Source of the DNA: a virus
Lineage: Duplodnaviria > Caudoviricetes
Length of the DNA stretch: 50,489 bases
Strand: one strand, 5' to 3'
IMG/VR virus record: IMGVR_UViG_3300000101_000024
Span: 1 to 50,489 of that record
The position numbers and the translations under genes were made by a program. Below, piece by piece: positions 35,257-44,498 of the stretch; position 1 is the stretch's first letter, and each line of letters starts with the position of its first letter. The notes beneath the pieces are model-generated. The model had not been told where the DNA came from, did not search any database, and saw only the letters and a program-made list of their open reading frames with translations.

Positions 35257-36099
35257 ATGACAAGTCTGATCAAACGCGAAGTCTATATCGGAACAGGAAA
35301 CTTAACCGGATTTTACACATTGCACAAAGTTGTTTACTCTTATGCTCTTCCTGGCAAAACTGGTGGTTTCTTTTATTTAGACAACTACATAAAGAATTTA
35401 TCTACTGATGCTAAAAAAGCTGACCAGATGGCCAAAGAATATGCAAAAAGAACTGGTTGTGTTATGATTTCTGGTGCTGACTTTGAGCTTGACGAGCACA
35501 CCAACAATGAGTTGCTTAACAAACGAGTCGTTGCTTTCATCAAAGAACAAAACGTTTTCAGCTTTGGCAAATATCGCGGCAGAACATTTTCTGATATTGC
35601 TGAGAGCGACCCTCAGTACATTCAGTGGTTGAAGTCTGAGGAAGTTAACATCAAAGTCAAGCAACCTGCTTTTAAACTATCAATCCTCGCCATTCAACAA
35701 CTATGCGAAGAGGGTGTTCTTTCAATCCCAGAGAAAACTGTTGAGCCAGTGATACAGGGAGTTGAGAAAAATCCTTCTGACCACATTGGCACAATTGGTG
35801 ATAAAGTCGAGCTTGAATTAAAAATTGTTATGCGCAAAAATGTTTCTACCAACTTCGGTGGATCAACTCTGTTAATTATGATTGACGAAAACGACAATGT
35901 TGTGAAAACATTCACAAATGCGAGTTGGTTGGACGAAGAGGCTGAAGACAAGGATGGAACTTACTTCCGAGAAGCAGTTATCAAAGGTGACCGTATTAAA
36001 ATCAAAGGCACGATTTCTGCTCACCAAGAGTATAATGGAGAGAAATCAACTTTAATTAAACGACCTAAGTTAGTCACTAATTTAAAGGAGGCAGCATGA
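35257..36099 (+). CDS. Early protein with FGKY.G (DUF3820-like) motif and OB-fold-like C-terminus
   Basis: FSFGKYRGRTFSDIAESDPQYIQWL; HIGTIGDK...IKGTI..H.EY.G...T.I.RP. Confidence 0.6.
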   Translation: MTSLIKREVYIGTGNLTGFYTLHKVVYSYALPGKTGGFFYLDNYIKNLSTDAKKADQMAKEYAKRTGCVMISGADFELDEHTNNELLNKRVVAFIKEQNVFSFGKYRGRTFSDIAESDPQYIQWLKSEEVNIKVKQPAFKLSILAIQQLCEEGVLSIPEKTVEPVIQGVEKNPSDHIGTIGDKVELELKIVMRKNVSTNFGGSTLLIMIDENDNVVKTFTNASWLDEEAEDKDGTYFREAVIKGDRIKIKGTISAHQEYNGEKSTLIKRPKLVTNLKEAA

Positions 36100-36311
36100 G
36101 AGAGCCAAAAGAATACAAATACAAAAAATTTACAGGCACTGTTGTTAAGAAAATTTATTATGATGTCTTTGTTGAGATTGCTTATGATCAGGATGAAGAT
36201 GAGATCTCAGAAGAAGACATCATGAAAAAGTTGATAGAAGAGGCAAAAAATGAACGACCTATTGATCAAGAATATGTCGTAATTGAAGAAGACATACAAT
36301 CAATTCACTAA
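36096..36311 (+). CDS. Acidic hypothetical protein
   Basis: GGAGG RBS; overlaps both neighbours. Confidence 0.6.
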   Translation: MREPKEYKYKKFTGTVVKKIYYDVFVEIAYDQDEDEISEEDIMKKLIEEAKNERPIDQEYVVIEEDIQSIH

Positions 36312-38002
36312 TGCAAATAAACAAAGCACATGCAAATTATTGCATAGCAAAAGTAAACCTAGACTCCGAAACAGTGCAAAGACTCTCTGCCCTTCCAGGA
36401 TTTAAAAAGTGGATCGGCAGAGAGTTGCTTTTTGCTGCCACTGGTGCAAACATAGATCACATCCGGAAGTTTTGGCCAGATGCCAGTTGGGATGATTCTG
36501 CTTCGGGCATCCTTAACAAATACATACAAAAACTCAAAGACGCAGAAACCATACGCAAGCTAAAAGTCTCCGCACCTCCGGAGAAAGATGATTTCATGTT
36601 CAAAACAAAACCATTCGACCACCAACGTTCTGCATTCTATATGTCTCGGGACAATGAGTCGTTTGCGCTTTTGATGGAGCAAGGAACAGGGAAAACAAAA
36701 GTCATCATTGACAACAGCGCGTATTTGTATGGTGCTGGGAAAATTAACTGCTTGGTGGTTATTGCCCCGAATGGTGTTCACAGAAACTGGATCCGCAAAG
36801 AGATCCCCGATCATATGCCGGAGTGGTGCAAACACAAATGTGCTTATTATTATTCAGGGATGAAGAAAAAAGACCTTGAAGCATTTGAAGAGGTTATGTT
36901 CGCAGAGGATTGTCTTAAAATTTTCACATTCAATGTTGAGGCGTTTGTGAGCAAAACTGCTGTTGAGTTGATAAACAAAATTATGCTGGCAAATGATGCG
37001 ATGCTGGTTGTGGACGAAAGTTCCAGAATTAAACGTCCAGGAGCAAAACGAACCAAAGTCATCACCAAACTCTCAAACCTAGCCAAATACAAAAGGATAA
37101 TGACTGGCACTCCTGTGACAAAAGGACCAGAGGACATTTACAGCCAGTTTAAATTTTTAGACCCTCAGATATTGGGCTATGACAGCTTTTACTCGTTTAA
37201 AGCACGTTACTGTATAATGGGTGGGTTTGAGAATCGGCAAATTGTTTCTTATCAGCATGTGGACGAGTTAACCAAAAATATAGAGGGACACTCTTATCGG
37301 GTTTTGAAAAAAGACTGCCTAGACCTGCCTGATAAAATCTACCAAAGATATCCTGTTGAGATGTCTGTTAAGCAACGCAAACTCTATGACCAAATGCGCA
37401 AGCAATATATCGCAGAGCTTGATGGGGATCAGATTGATGCACCTGCAGCAATAACTCGTTTGCTAAGGCTACAACAAATCGTTTGCGGATGGTTCCCGAC
37501 AGAAACTGGAGTCAAGCCAATTGAGGACAAAAATCCCAGATTAAATGCTCTTCTGGAGATATTAAGCGACATTGACTCCAAAGTTATTGTGTGGGCACGA
37601 TTTAAAGCTGATTTGAAGGCTATAGAAGGTGCGTTAGGTAGTGCTGCGGTTGCTTACCATGGAGAAGTCTCAAACGACGACAGAGCGGATGCTGTAGAGC
37701 GTTTTCAGAATGACCCGAAAATAAGATATTTCGTCGGACAACCGCAGTCTGGCGGCATTGGCTTAACTTTAACTGCTGCAGATTATGCAGTTTATTACTC
37801 TAACAGTTTTGATTTGGAGACTAGGCTGCAATCCGAAGACAGATGCCACAGGATCGGTACAAAGAACAATGTGACTTATATAGATATTGAAGCACCCAAG
37901 ACCATTGACGCCAAAATCATCAAAGCACTGCGTAGCAAAAAGAACTTGGCAGATGTTATAACAAAAGATCCGATATCTATGTTTTTGGTTGAAGATGAGT
38001 GA
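36311..38002 (+). CDS. SNF2-family SF2 helicase
   Basis: MEQGTGKT, VDESS, MTGTP, LRLQQI, GIGLTL, QSEDRCHRIG. Confidence 0.92.
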   Translation: MQINKAHANYCIAKVNLDSETVQRLSALPGFKKWIGRELLFAATGANIDHIRKFWPDASWDDSASGILNKYIQKLKDAETIRKLKVSAPPEKDDFMFKTKPFDHQRSAFYMSRDNESFALLMEQGTGKTKVIIDNSAYLYGAGKINCLVVIAPNGVHRNWIRKEIPDHMPEWCKHKCAYYYSGMKKKDLEAFEEVMFAEDCLKIFTFNVEAFVSKTAVELINKIMLANDAMLVVDESSRIKRPGAKRTKVITKLSNLAKYKRIMTGTPVTKGPEDIYSQFKFLDPQILGYDSFYSFKARYCIMGGFENRQIVSYQHVDELTKNIEGHSYRVLKKDCLDLPDKIYQRYPVEMSVKQRKLYDQMRKQYIAELDGDQIDAPAAITRLLRLQQIVCGWFPTETGVKPIEDKNPRLNALLEILSDIDSKVIVWARFKADLKAIEGALGSAAVAYHGEVSNDDRADAVERFQNDPKIRYFVGQPQSGGIGLTLTAADYAVYYSNSFDLETRLQSEDRCHRIGTKNNVTYIDIEAPKTIDAKIIKALRSKKNLADVITKDPISMFLVEDE

Positions 38003-38414
38003 GAGTAATTTTTGGAAATATGTGAGGAGCTCTCTGCCTGATGTTAAGATGTACCGAGTTGAGAACAGAGTTTCGGAGGGGATGCCTGATCTTCATTACA
38101 TTCGGGATGGGAACTCAGGGTGGATAGAATTAAAATACTTAGAAGATTGGCCAAAGCGCAACAACATACAAGTCGGGTTAAGACTGAATCAGAGCTTCTG
38201 GCTCGATGAGTACAAAACCCTCAAAGGTCATTGCTGGATAATGATCCGGATCGGCAGGGACTTTGTTGGCTTGATTGATGGATCAGAGGCAAAGAAAGTT
38301 TACGAGAAAATGCCTGTCCCAGAGTTTTTAAAATGTCTGACTTATAAAAAGTTCGGCAAGATGACCAAAGCTGACTGGGCAGAGCTTGCTGACATTATCA
38401 CGGACCAACCATAA
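37995..38414 (+). CDS. PD-(D/E)xK nuclease (VRR-NUC / Holliday junction resolvase-like)
   Basis: ESNFW...RVEN...GMPD...WIELK...Q..W. Confidence 0.75.
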   Translation: MSESNFWKYVRSSLPDVKMYRVENRVSEGMPDLHYIRDGNSGWIELKYLEDWPKRNNIQVGLRLNQSFWLDEYKTLKGHCWIMIRIGRDFVGLIDGSEAKKVYEKMPVPEFLKCLTYKKFGKMTKADWAELADIITDQP

Positions 38415-40605
38415 CTGCCTCTTGGAGCTTTGATCTTAAAGCTGGTGAGGCAGACTGGGTTATGTCTCTTAAAGTTGAAGACTCAGGCTCGTCCTGTATT
38501 GTTTCAATCGCAGAAGGTCTTACGGAGGTTTGCACTGTTTGTGAGAGCAAAGGTCTGTTCATACGGGCAACTTGCTGGCTTGTAGCGTTTTCAGCAATAT
38601 TAACTGCCCTTCTGACTTGCAATCCTGTGGCAGTTGCCTCTCCTGCTCCAAAAGGTAGCATCTTGATGGCATTTAACAAACCTTTCTGCATCATTGCAGA
38701 CATTATTGCGTAGCCTGTGCCTGATGGGTTGAGTTTTATCTCTGCCCAAAGGGTTGGCATAACATCTTGCCGGAATTTAGAGATCTGTTTCAGCTCTTCT
38801 GGGGAGAAAAACTGCTCTACTAATTTTCTATTCTTAACGAAAATCTCATCATAATTATTAACGATGTTGCCTCTCGTGATGCCAGATGTGCCAGAGCCTG
38901 AGAATGCTTTTTCTAAAATTCCATCTTTTATTAAAGCAATTATTTCTTCGCCACCTTCCCTCTCTCCTAAATTTTGTTTTATTTTTTGCATGGCCAGAAC
39001 AAGCCCTTTTTTAGGATTGAATTTTGCATGCCCAAACAAAAGTCTGACAGCATCTGTTGGATCTGCTTTTGTATTTGTGAGTGTTTCTAAAATTGTGTTA
39101 GCAGCTCTGTCCCAAGAATCTCTCGCAGAGCCTTTCCCTGTCAGACCGATATACCTTCTGTAAAGATCAGTCGCGTTTTTAAGCTCTTTCAGCACTGCTT
39201 CATCCCCAGCGATCAATCCTCTTTCAACACCGTCATACACAGAAGCATCAAGTATTGCTTTCATCTTTCCTAAAGCCATTGCCTCTGGAGATCCTGCCTG
39301 CGCAGTTCTTACAGCTCTGGCAAGGGATTTTTGGTAACCATGCAGAATATTCAATGGAGATCCTTTGAACTTAGGATTGCTGGCGATTTTGGTTACGCGT
39401 TTAAGATACTCTAGCTCTCTTTTGAGCAGAGGCATGTCTGTCAATTCACGAGCAGTTATCCCCAAACCTTCTTCGCCACCTTTAATGATGCTGTCTAGCA
39501 TTTCCCTAGCTGTAATGACAACACCCTCTGGTTTCATTATGACAGGGATTTCTGAAGTTGCAATAGTCTTGTATGCTCGGGAAGATTCTTCTTTAAGTCC
39601 AATTGCACCTGCTTGTGCTATGTTTTGAATTGACTCTGCTGCTGCAGTAGGGACATCTCCTGCTCCAGACATTGTGCCTGAGCCGAACTCTTTTTGCAAT
39701 CTTTCAGCCTCTGCTCTTATAACTCCGAGTTGCTTTTCATCAAAGCCCTGCATAATTTCAGAAGAATATTTCTCACTTCCTGGAGCATTACGCATCATAT
39801 CTTCTAATTCGAGTTGCTCTGTGACTCTTGATGTTGGACCCTGTTTCCGGTCTGGGAGCTTTGCACTTCGTTGCCCTTCGGTTAAAGGGAATGCAGAGGC
39901 TTGTTTTGCTTCTGGAGTTATTTTCTGAATTATTTTCTCAGGCTCAAACTTCGGGAAAATTAATTTTGCACCCTCTGCTGTTTTTGTCGCTGTTTTCACA
40001 GCACCTTTTGCTGCTGCACTTACAACTGGGGGCAATAAAGTATCTGCTGCAACTCCTATTGCGGTGGCCAATCCTACTTCTTGACCAACATCTGTTAAGT
40101 CTCTTTTTTTACCTTTTGAAGTTTCCGGAGCCAAAGCTGATTCCCCAGCTATGCTTGCTGCTTCGGTTGCAGGATAAGTTGTTAATCCTCGCCGGACAGT
40201 CTCTTTAAGTCCTTTTGCCGCAGCTACATATTTACTGGCTGGGAGATATTTAACAACCTCACCTGTGAACGTAGCAATGTCTGGCAGTCCCAATCCTGGC
40301 TTGTTGATGTAATAAGGCTGATCATTCCAAACAATCATCGGGTTGTTAAATTTATCTGAGAACACCCCACCGAATCTTTCATCTCCGGAAAAAGACTTCT
40401 TCATTATCTCAGCTTTGGAGGCATCGTCTTTCACGAACATGCTTTTAACATTAGGAATTAAAGACTCAAAGAATCCAACATCTTCGATTTCTGTCGCTTG
40501 AGGGATGTCCGGAAACTCTATGCCTGAAGAAGTATCTTTAACAACAGGTTCTAAGGGTGATGGTATTGTATCCTCATCATTTATTAATTTTTCATTTATA
40601 GCCAT
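38398..40605 (-). CDS. Putative internal virion/DNA ejection protein
   Basis: Large, helical; last gene of late block; NPSGTG motif near C-terminus. Confidence 0.6.
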   Translation of the reverse strand: MAINEKLINDEDTIPSPLEPVVKDTSSGIEFPDIPQATEIEDVGFFESLIPNVKSMFVKDDASKAEIMKKSFSGDERFGGVFSDKFNNPMIVWNDQPYYINKPGLGLPDIATFTGEVVKYLPASKYVAAAKGLKETVRRGLTTYPATEAASIAGESALAPETSKGKKRDLTDVGQEVGLATAIGVAADTLLPPVVSAAAKGAVKTATKTAEGAKLIFPKFEPEKIIQKITPEAKQASAFPLTEGQRSAKLPDRKQGPTSRVTEQLELEDMMRNAPGSEKYSSEIMQGFDEKQLGVIRAEAERLQKEFGSGTMSGAGDVPTAAAESIQNIAQAGAIGLKEESSRAYKTIATSEIPVIMKPEGVVITAREMLDSIIKGGEEGLGITARELTDMPLLKRELEYLKRVTKIASNPKFKGSPLNILHGYQKSLARAVRTAQAGSPEAMALGKMKAILDASVYDGVERGLIAGDEAVLKELKNATDLYRRYIGLTGKGSARDSWDRAANTILETLTNTKADPTDAVRLLFGHAKFNPKKGLVLAMQKIKQNLGEREGGEEIIALIKDGILEKAFSGSGTSGITRGNIVNNYDEIFVKNRKLVEQFFSPEELKQISKFRQDVMPTLWAEIKLNPSGTGYAIMSAMMQKGLLNAIKMLPFGAGEATATGLQVRRAVNIAENATSQQVARMNRPLLSQTVQTSVRPSAIETIQDEPESSTLRDITQSASPALRSKLQEAVMVGP

Positions 40606-42708
40606 TTATTCCAGCTCCAAATCTGGTTGCACACCTCTCCAACCTTTAATAATTAAAGCACCTTGATTTTTGAAAAGTTTTGTTCCACGTTTACCGTTTA
40701 CTTCATTAAGAATAACAGCACCATCTGGGATAGATTCGTACCACTCTTTTCTATCCGCAACCCAAGCAGCAGTATCTGCTTCATCATTTCCTGTGTTATA
40801 CTTTTCATCTTTTTGGGTGGGTGAAAACTTTTCATATATCCCAAGATCTTTCTCTTTTATAGCTTCGTCAATTTCGGTAGCCGACAACCCCTGTACTGCT
40901 AGGTCTCTGAACATTATAGCATCTGCTGCTTGGTTCTGAGATTGTCTGTATAACTTGTACATAGTTAAGTAGTTCGTAGCTGCTGGATTGGCTAAATCCA
41001 AAATAGCTCTTTGGTAGGCTTTGAATTCCATATCCGAGGTTGAACCAGAACCAACTGGACGCATTTTAGGAGCAAGTGCAAAAGAAAGTGCTTCAAGGTA
41101 TTTTTGATCTTGGACCAGTTCTGACTCTACACCAAAAACATTAGTCAGCACACTTCTTATCTCTGATATCCGACCTTGGAATCCACCTGTTAAATCAGGA
41201 TTCTGCATCAGAATCGTCATAGCAGCCTCAAGACTAGGAACAATATCGTCTCTTGTGGTTCTTGTTTTTGAAATTAGTTCATCTCCTTTTTCAACTCTTT
41301 TTTTCCGCCCAACAACTTCTTGTGGGGCTGGTGATCCTGTTGGTGATCTAAGGATAACTCCTAGCCCACTGCCAGGATCTGGAGTGTAGAAACTTACGTA
41401 TTGATCTCCAATAATAACAGGCTCTCCTAGTTTAGAATCATTTTCAGTTGTTATTTTATTAAGAAGATCATTAAATTCTGGACTGTCCTCAGTTACACCG
41501 AATTTTTTAAGCGTCTCTATGGCTTGTTCTCTGGTTTGGAAAGTTGCTTGTGGTCCTTGAACTCTGCTTTTTCCTCTTGCTTGCTTTGGAAGAGACTCTT
41601 TAACTGCATAACGACCTGTTGTATCAGCATTTACAGCATCTTCCTCAACTCTGACCAGCCGTTCGTCAATCTCAGTTTCTGGATTGTCTTTTATTTGAGT
41701 GTCAACAACTGATATGAATTTCTTTTTAAGGATGGAGGAGACATCTGGCATTATTACATTTTCAATAACATTACCAGCATTGTCTGAGACAGTGTAGTTA
41801 TACATCGCAGCACCCTCATTACTCCTAACCAAAATCCCTTCTTCATCAACTACTGGTGCTCCTTTTTTATAAGAACGCCCAACACCAGTGCCTTTGGGTG
41901 GTTTAATCATTTGAGCAATTTGAATTGCTTGTGCTGGCATTTCTGATTCAGCTTTTCTGCGTGCCTCAAAATCTTTCATCAAGTACTGAGCCGGAACCAA
42001 AGATGCTGTAGATGCGGCACCAAGTGCTGTGGCTCCTGGCTTGCTGGCTTCTGCCGCCATATTCGTGAAGAACTGAAAAGCCAACAACGCAGGATCAACT
42101 CCTTTTAGCTCTGGTTGTAGCGTTTTGGCTATTTCCACTGCCGCCCGAACATTGTCTGCTCCTCCGAGTGCTTTCAGTGCACCTGCGGAAAGATCATCAA
42201 GACGTGTGTTTGAGGCTCCGAGTGTTGGGGTGCCCGACTCAGCAGAAGTTTCAGCATCTACTTTAGGGGGAGGAAGTTTATCGCTGCTGATTATCTCTGA
42301 GCCGAGCGAAGAAAGAATTGACGTATTGTCTGCTTCGAACAGAGGAGCTTGTGTGCTGTTGTCAGTGTTGAATGCATTTATGTCTGGGAGATTTGATCTT
42401 TGCTGGGTATATCCTCCAACATCGACATTCTGGGTGAGCTGGTTTATCTCTTCACCAACTCTTTGCAGTGCATCTTTAACTTCTCGTCGCTCTTCAATAG
42501 TTTTTGAATTAACGTACTGCAACTTCAGCTGATCGTAATTCCTGAGTCTTGTTTCTAAAAGTTTATCAGGACTCAAATTTTGAGAAATGTATTGAGGAGC
42601 AGGAGGAGCAAAATTACCCATCCCGAGCCTTGTGTCATTTCGTCTTGTTTTGTCCATTAAATAAGAGTTAGTTCTGTTAAGCTGTTCTAGCTCTGCTCTG
42701 GATGCCAT
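40606..42708 (-). CDS. Putative internal virion/DNA ejection protein
   Basis: MRPVGSGSTSDMEF motif; Ala-rich segment; position. Confidence 0.6.
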   Translation of the reverse strand: MASRAELEQLNRTNSYLMDKTRRNDTRLGMGNFAPPAPQYISQNLSPDKLLETRLRNYDQLKLQYVNSKTIEERREVKDALQRVGEEINQLTQNVDVGGYTQQRSNLPDINAFNTDNSTQAPLFEADNTSILSSLGSEIISSDKLPPPKVDAETSAESGTPTLGASNTRLDDLSAGALKALGGADNVRAAVEIAKTLQPELKGVDPALLAFQFFTNMAAEASKPGATALGAASTASLVPAQYLMKDFEARRKAESEMPAQAIQIAQMIKPPKGTGVGRSYKKGAPVVDEEGILVRSNEGAAMYNYTVSDNAGNVIENVIMPDVSSILKKKFISVVDTQIKDNPETEIDERLVRVEEDAVNADTTGRYAVKESLPKQARGKSRVQGPQATFQTREQAIETLKKFGVTEDSPEFNDLLNKITTENDSKLGEPVIIGDQYVSFYTPDPGSGLGVILRSPTGSPAPQEVVGRKKRVEKGDELISKTRTTRDDIVPSLEAAMTILMQNPDLTGGFQGRISEIRSVLTNVFGVESELVQDQKYLEALSFALAPKMRPVGSGSTSDMEFKAYQRAILDLANPAATNYLTMYKLYRQSQNQAADAIMFRDLAVQGLSATEIDEAIKEKDLGIYEKFSPTQKDEKYNTGNDEADTAAWVADRKEWYESIPDGAVILNEVNGKRGTKLFKNQGALIIKGWRGVQPDLELE

Positions 42709-42717
42709 TGTTTTCCT

Positions 42718-43716
42718 TTAAGGTGTTCTAGGTCTACTCATGAAGTATGCACTTCCGAGAGCACCCAAACCACCAATTGTTTGTCCGTAAATGCTAGGTG
42801 TTTGAACAAACTGTTGACCTTGCTGCAGACTTGTTTGTGTTGTTTCGTATGGTATGCCTTTTAATGCACCCAATGCGTAGTTGACCATTTGGAATGGATA
42901 CTCACGTTGTTCAACAAAGTCCGCATATGCCAAGTCCAGAGCCATTTGGTCTAAACTCCTTTGTGCCTCTCCGGAACTTATCATTCCAGAAGCAGCTTGT
43001 TGTTGAAGACCTTGCACTGCTGGAGCAAAACTCGCTATCTGACTTACTGCACCTGTTCTTGCAGACTCTTGAGTCTCGAATGCACCACGTTGCGCTTGCT
43101 CTGCCGCAAACCTAGCTGTCCGGTCTGCTTCGCGTTGTTGTGCTGCGAATCCCAAACCTTCAACCCCAGCTCTTTTCCTCAAGTCTCCGGATTGCCTTGC
43201 TGCTTCAGAAGCAGTCATTATCTCTCCGAGATATTGCCTTGATCCTCCGAATGCCCCAGACCCAACTGCTTTGGCTCGGTCTGAGATTTGCTTCTGCTCC
43301 ATTTGACGTTGTATTTCCTCAACAGCAGGATCAACTGCTTGTTGGTAAATGTCCATGAAGGGTTTGGCTTGATCCATTGTTAATGGTGATCCCATTAACT
43401 GCTCTGTGCTCATAGCATTGTAGCCTTGCCCGAGTTGCTGTGCTCGGGATGCTGCTTCATCTATGTAAGGTTTATATGCACCAGAGTCTTCTGTCAGTAT
43501 CCTTGCAGCTTCCTGCTCTGCTGGGGTCAGCTTTGACCCATCATAACTCGCTATCCTAGGAGCCTGAAATGCAGGATAAGGACTTTTGGCCAGCTCTGCT
43601 GCTTGCTGGAAAAGTGTTTGACCACCAGCAGAAACCCACTCAGGGATCTCTGTTCCGGTGATTACTAGTTTCGGATCTGGTAGGGTCTCAACCCCAGTTG
43701 TACATGCACCGCCCAT
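42718..43716 (-). CDS. Putative ejection protein (P22 gp7-like)
   Basis: Gln/Ala-rich, GAFGGSR motif, Gly-rich hydrophobic C-terminus. Confidence 0.65.
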   Translation of the reverse strand: MGGACTTGVETLPDPKLVITGTEIPEWVSAGGQTLFQQAAELAKSPYPAFQAPRIASYDGSKLTPAEQEAARILTEDSGAYKPYIDEAASRAQQLGQGYNAMSTEQLMGSPLTMDQAKPFMDIYQQAVDPAVEEIQRQMEQKQISDRAKAVGSGAFGGSRQYLGEIMTASEAARQSGDLRKRAGVEGLGFAAQQREADRTARFAAEQAQRGAFETQESARTGAVSQIASFAPAVQGLQQQAASGMISSGEAQRSLDQMALDLAYADFVEQREYPFQMVNYALGALKGIPYETTQTSLQQGQQFVQTPSIYGQTIGGLGALGSAYFMSRPRTP

Positions 43717-44157
43717 TTAACTCTCCACGAAAACACAACCTGCTTTTGTCATGCCAAGACGCTCAAACAGTTTATCTTTCCTGTCTAAGTCTCCGGAAAA
43801 TATATGCCCTAATCTTACCGGAATTTTAACCTCTTGACCTATTTTAATAAATTCTTTGATTAATTTTATAGCCACACTGCTGCTACGATGCATCGGGTAA
43901 ACATAAAACCACAAGTCTGCTAAGTATTTTTCCTCCGACCACCAGTCGCTGGTAATGATTCCACCAACAGAGCCTAACAATTTGTTTTCTTTTGTCATCG
44001 CCACAAGCACAACCCCTCGGTTGATTGTTTCATTGACTTTAAATGCTAGCTTTTCTGGTAATATATCTGGTACTTTTAACTCAGTCTCATTGTGCATACT
44101 GTAAAGCATAGCCAGCACAGGACTCAGGTCTAATATGTTAGCCCTTCTTATTTCCAT
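43717..44157 (-). CDS. GNAT acetyltransferase-like virion-assembly protein
   Basis: IRRA...D, WFYVYP.HR, LF.RLG; typical position before ejection genes. Confidence 0.7.
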   Translation of the reverse strand: MEIRRANILDLSPVLAMLYSMHNETELKVPDILPEKLAFKVNETINRGVVLVAMTKENKLLGSVGGIITSDWWSEEKYLADLWFYVYPMHRSSSVAIKLIKEFIKIGQEVKIPVRLGHIFSGDLDRKDKLFERLGMTKAGCVFVES

Positions 44158-44498
44158 TAAATCCCGCCCAATGCTCCTGCTGGCTCTGATTCAGCTTCTT
44201 GATCCTGCATTCCTGTTGCCATAGCATCAATCATCTCTTTGAACTCAGGCAAAAGTTTTAAAAGAACTGCCGCAGTCTCAGGATTTATAGCTTGGTCCAG
44301 AGCTTCTAGCTCTTGTGGTGTGAAATTGCTCAGCCTTGCAAGCAGAACACCTTGTATCGCTGTATCAGGCTGCATCATAGCCTCTCTTGCCTCAGGAGGC
44401 AGAGCTGACATAGGATCCATATTTGCCCCTTCCATCGGAGGCATTTCAGGTGCTGCCGCCATCTGTTCTTTCATCATCATTTCTTCCATCATTGCCAT
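44157..44498 (-). CDS. Met/Glu-rich hypothetical protein
   Basis: AGGAG RBS; ends PAGALGGI. Confidence 0.6.
   Translation of the reverse strand: MAMMEEMMMKEQMAAAPEMPPMEGANMDPMSALPPEAREAMMQPDTAIQGVLLARLSNFTPQELEALDQAINPETAAVLLKLLPEFKEMIDAMATGMQDQEAESEPAGALGGI

Noticed and set aside
38398-38414. 17-bp overlap of convergent genes without a terminator
   Set aside because: Common at phage early/late convergence points; no further structure seen
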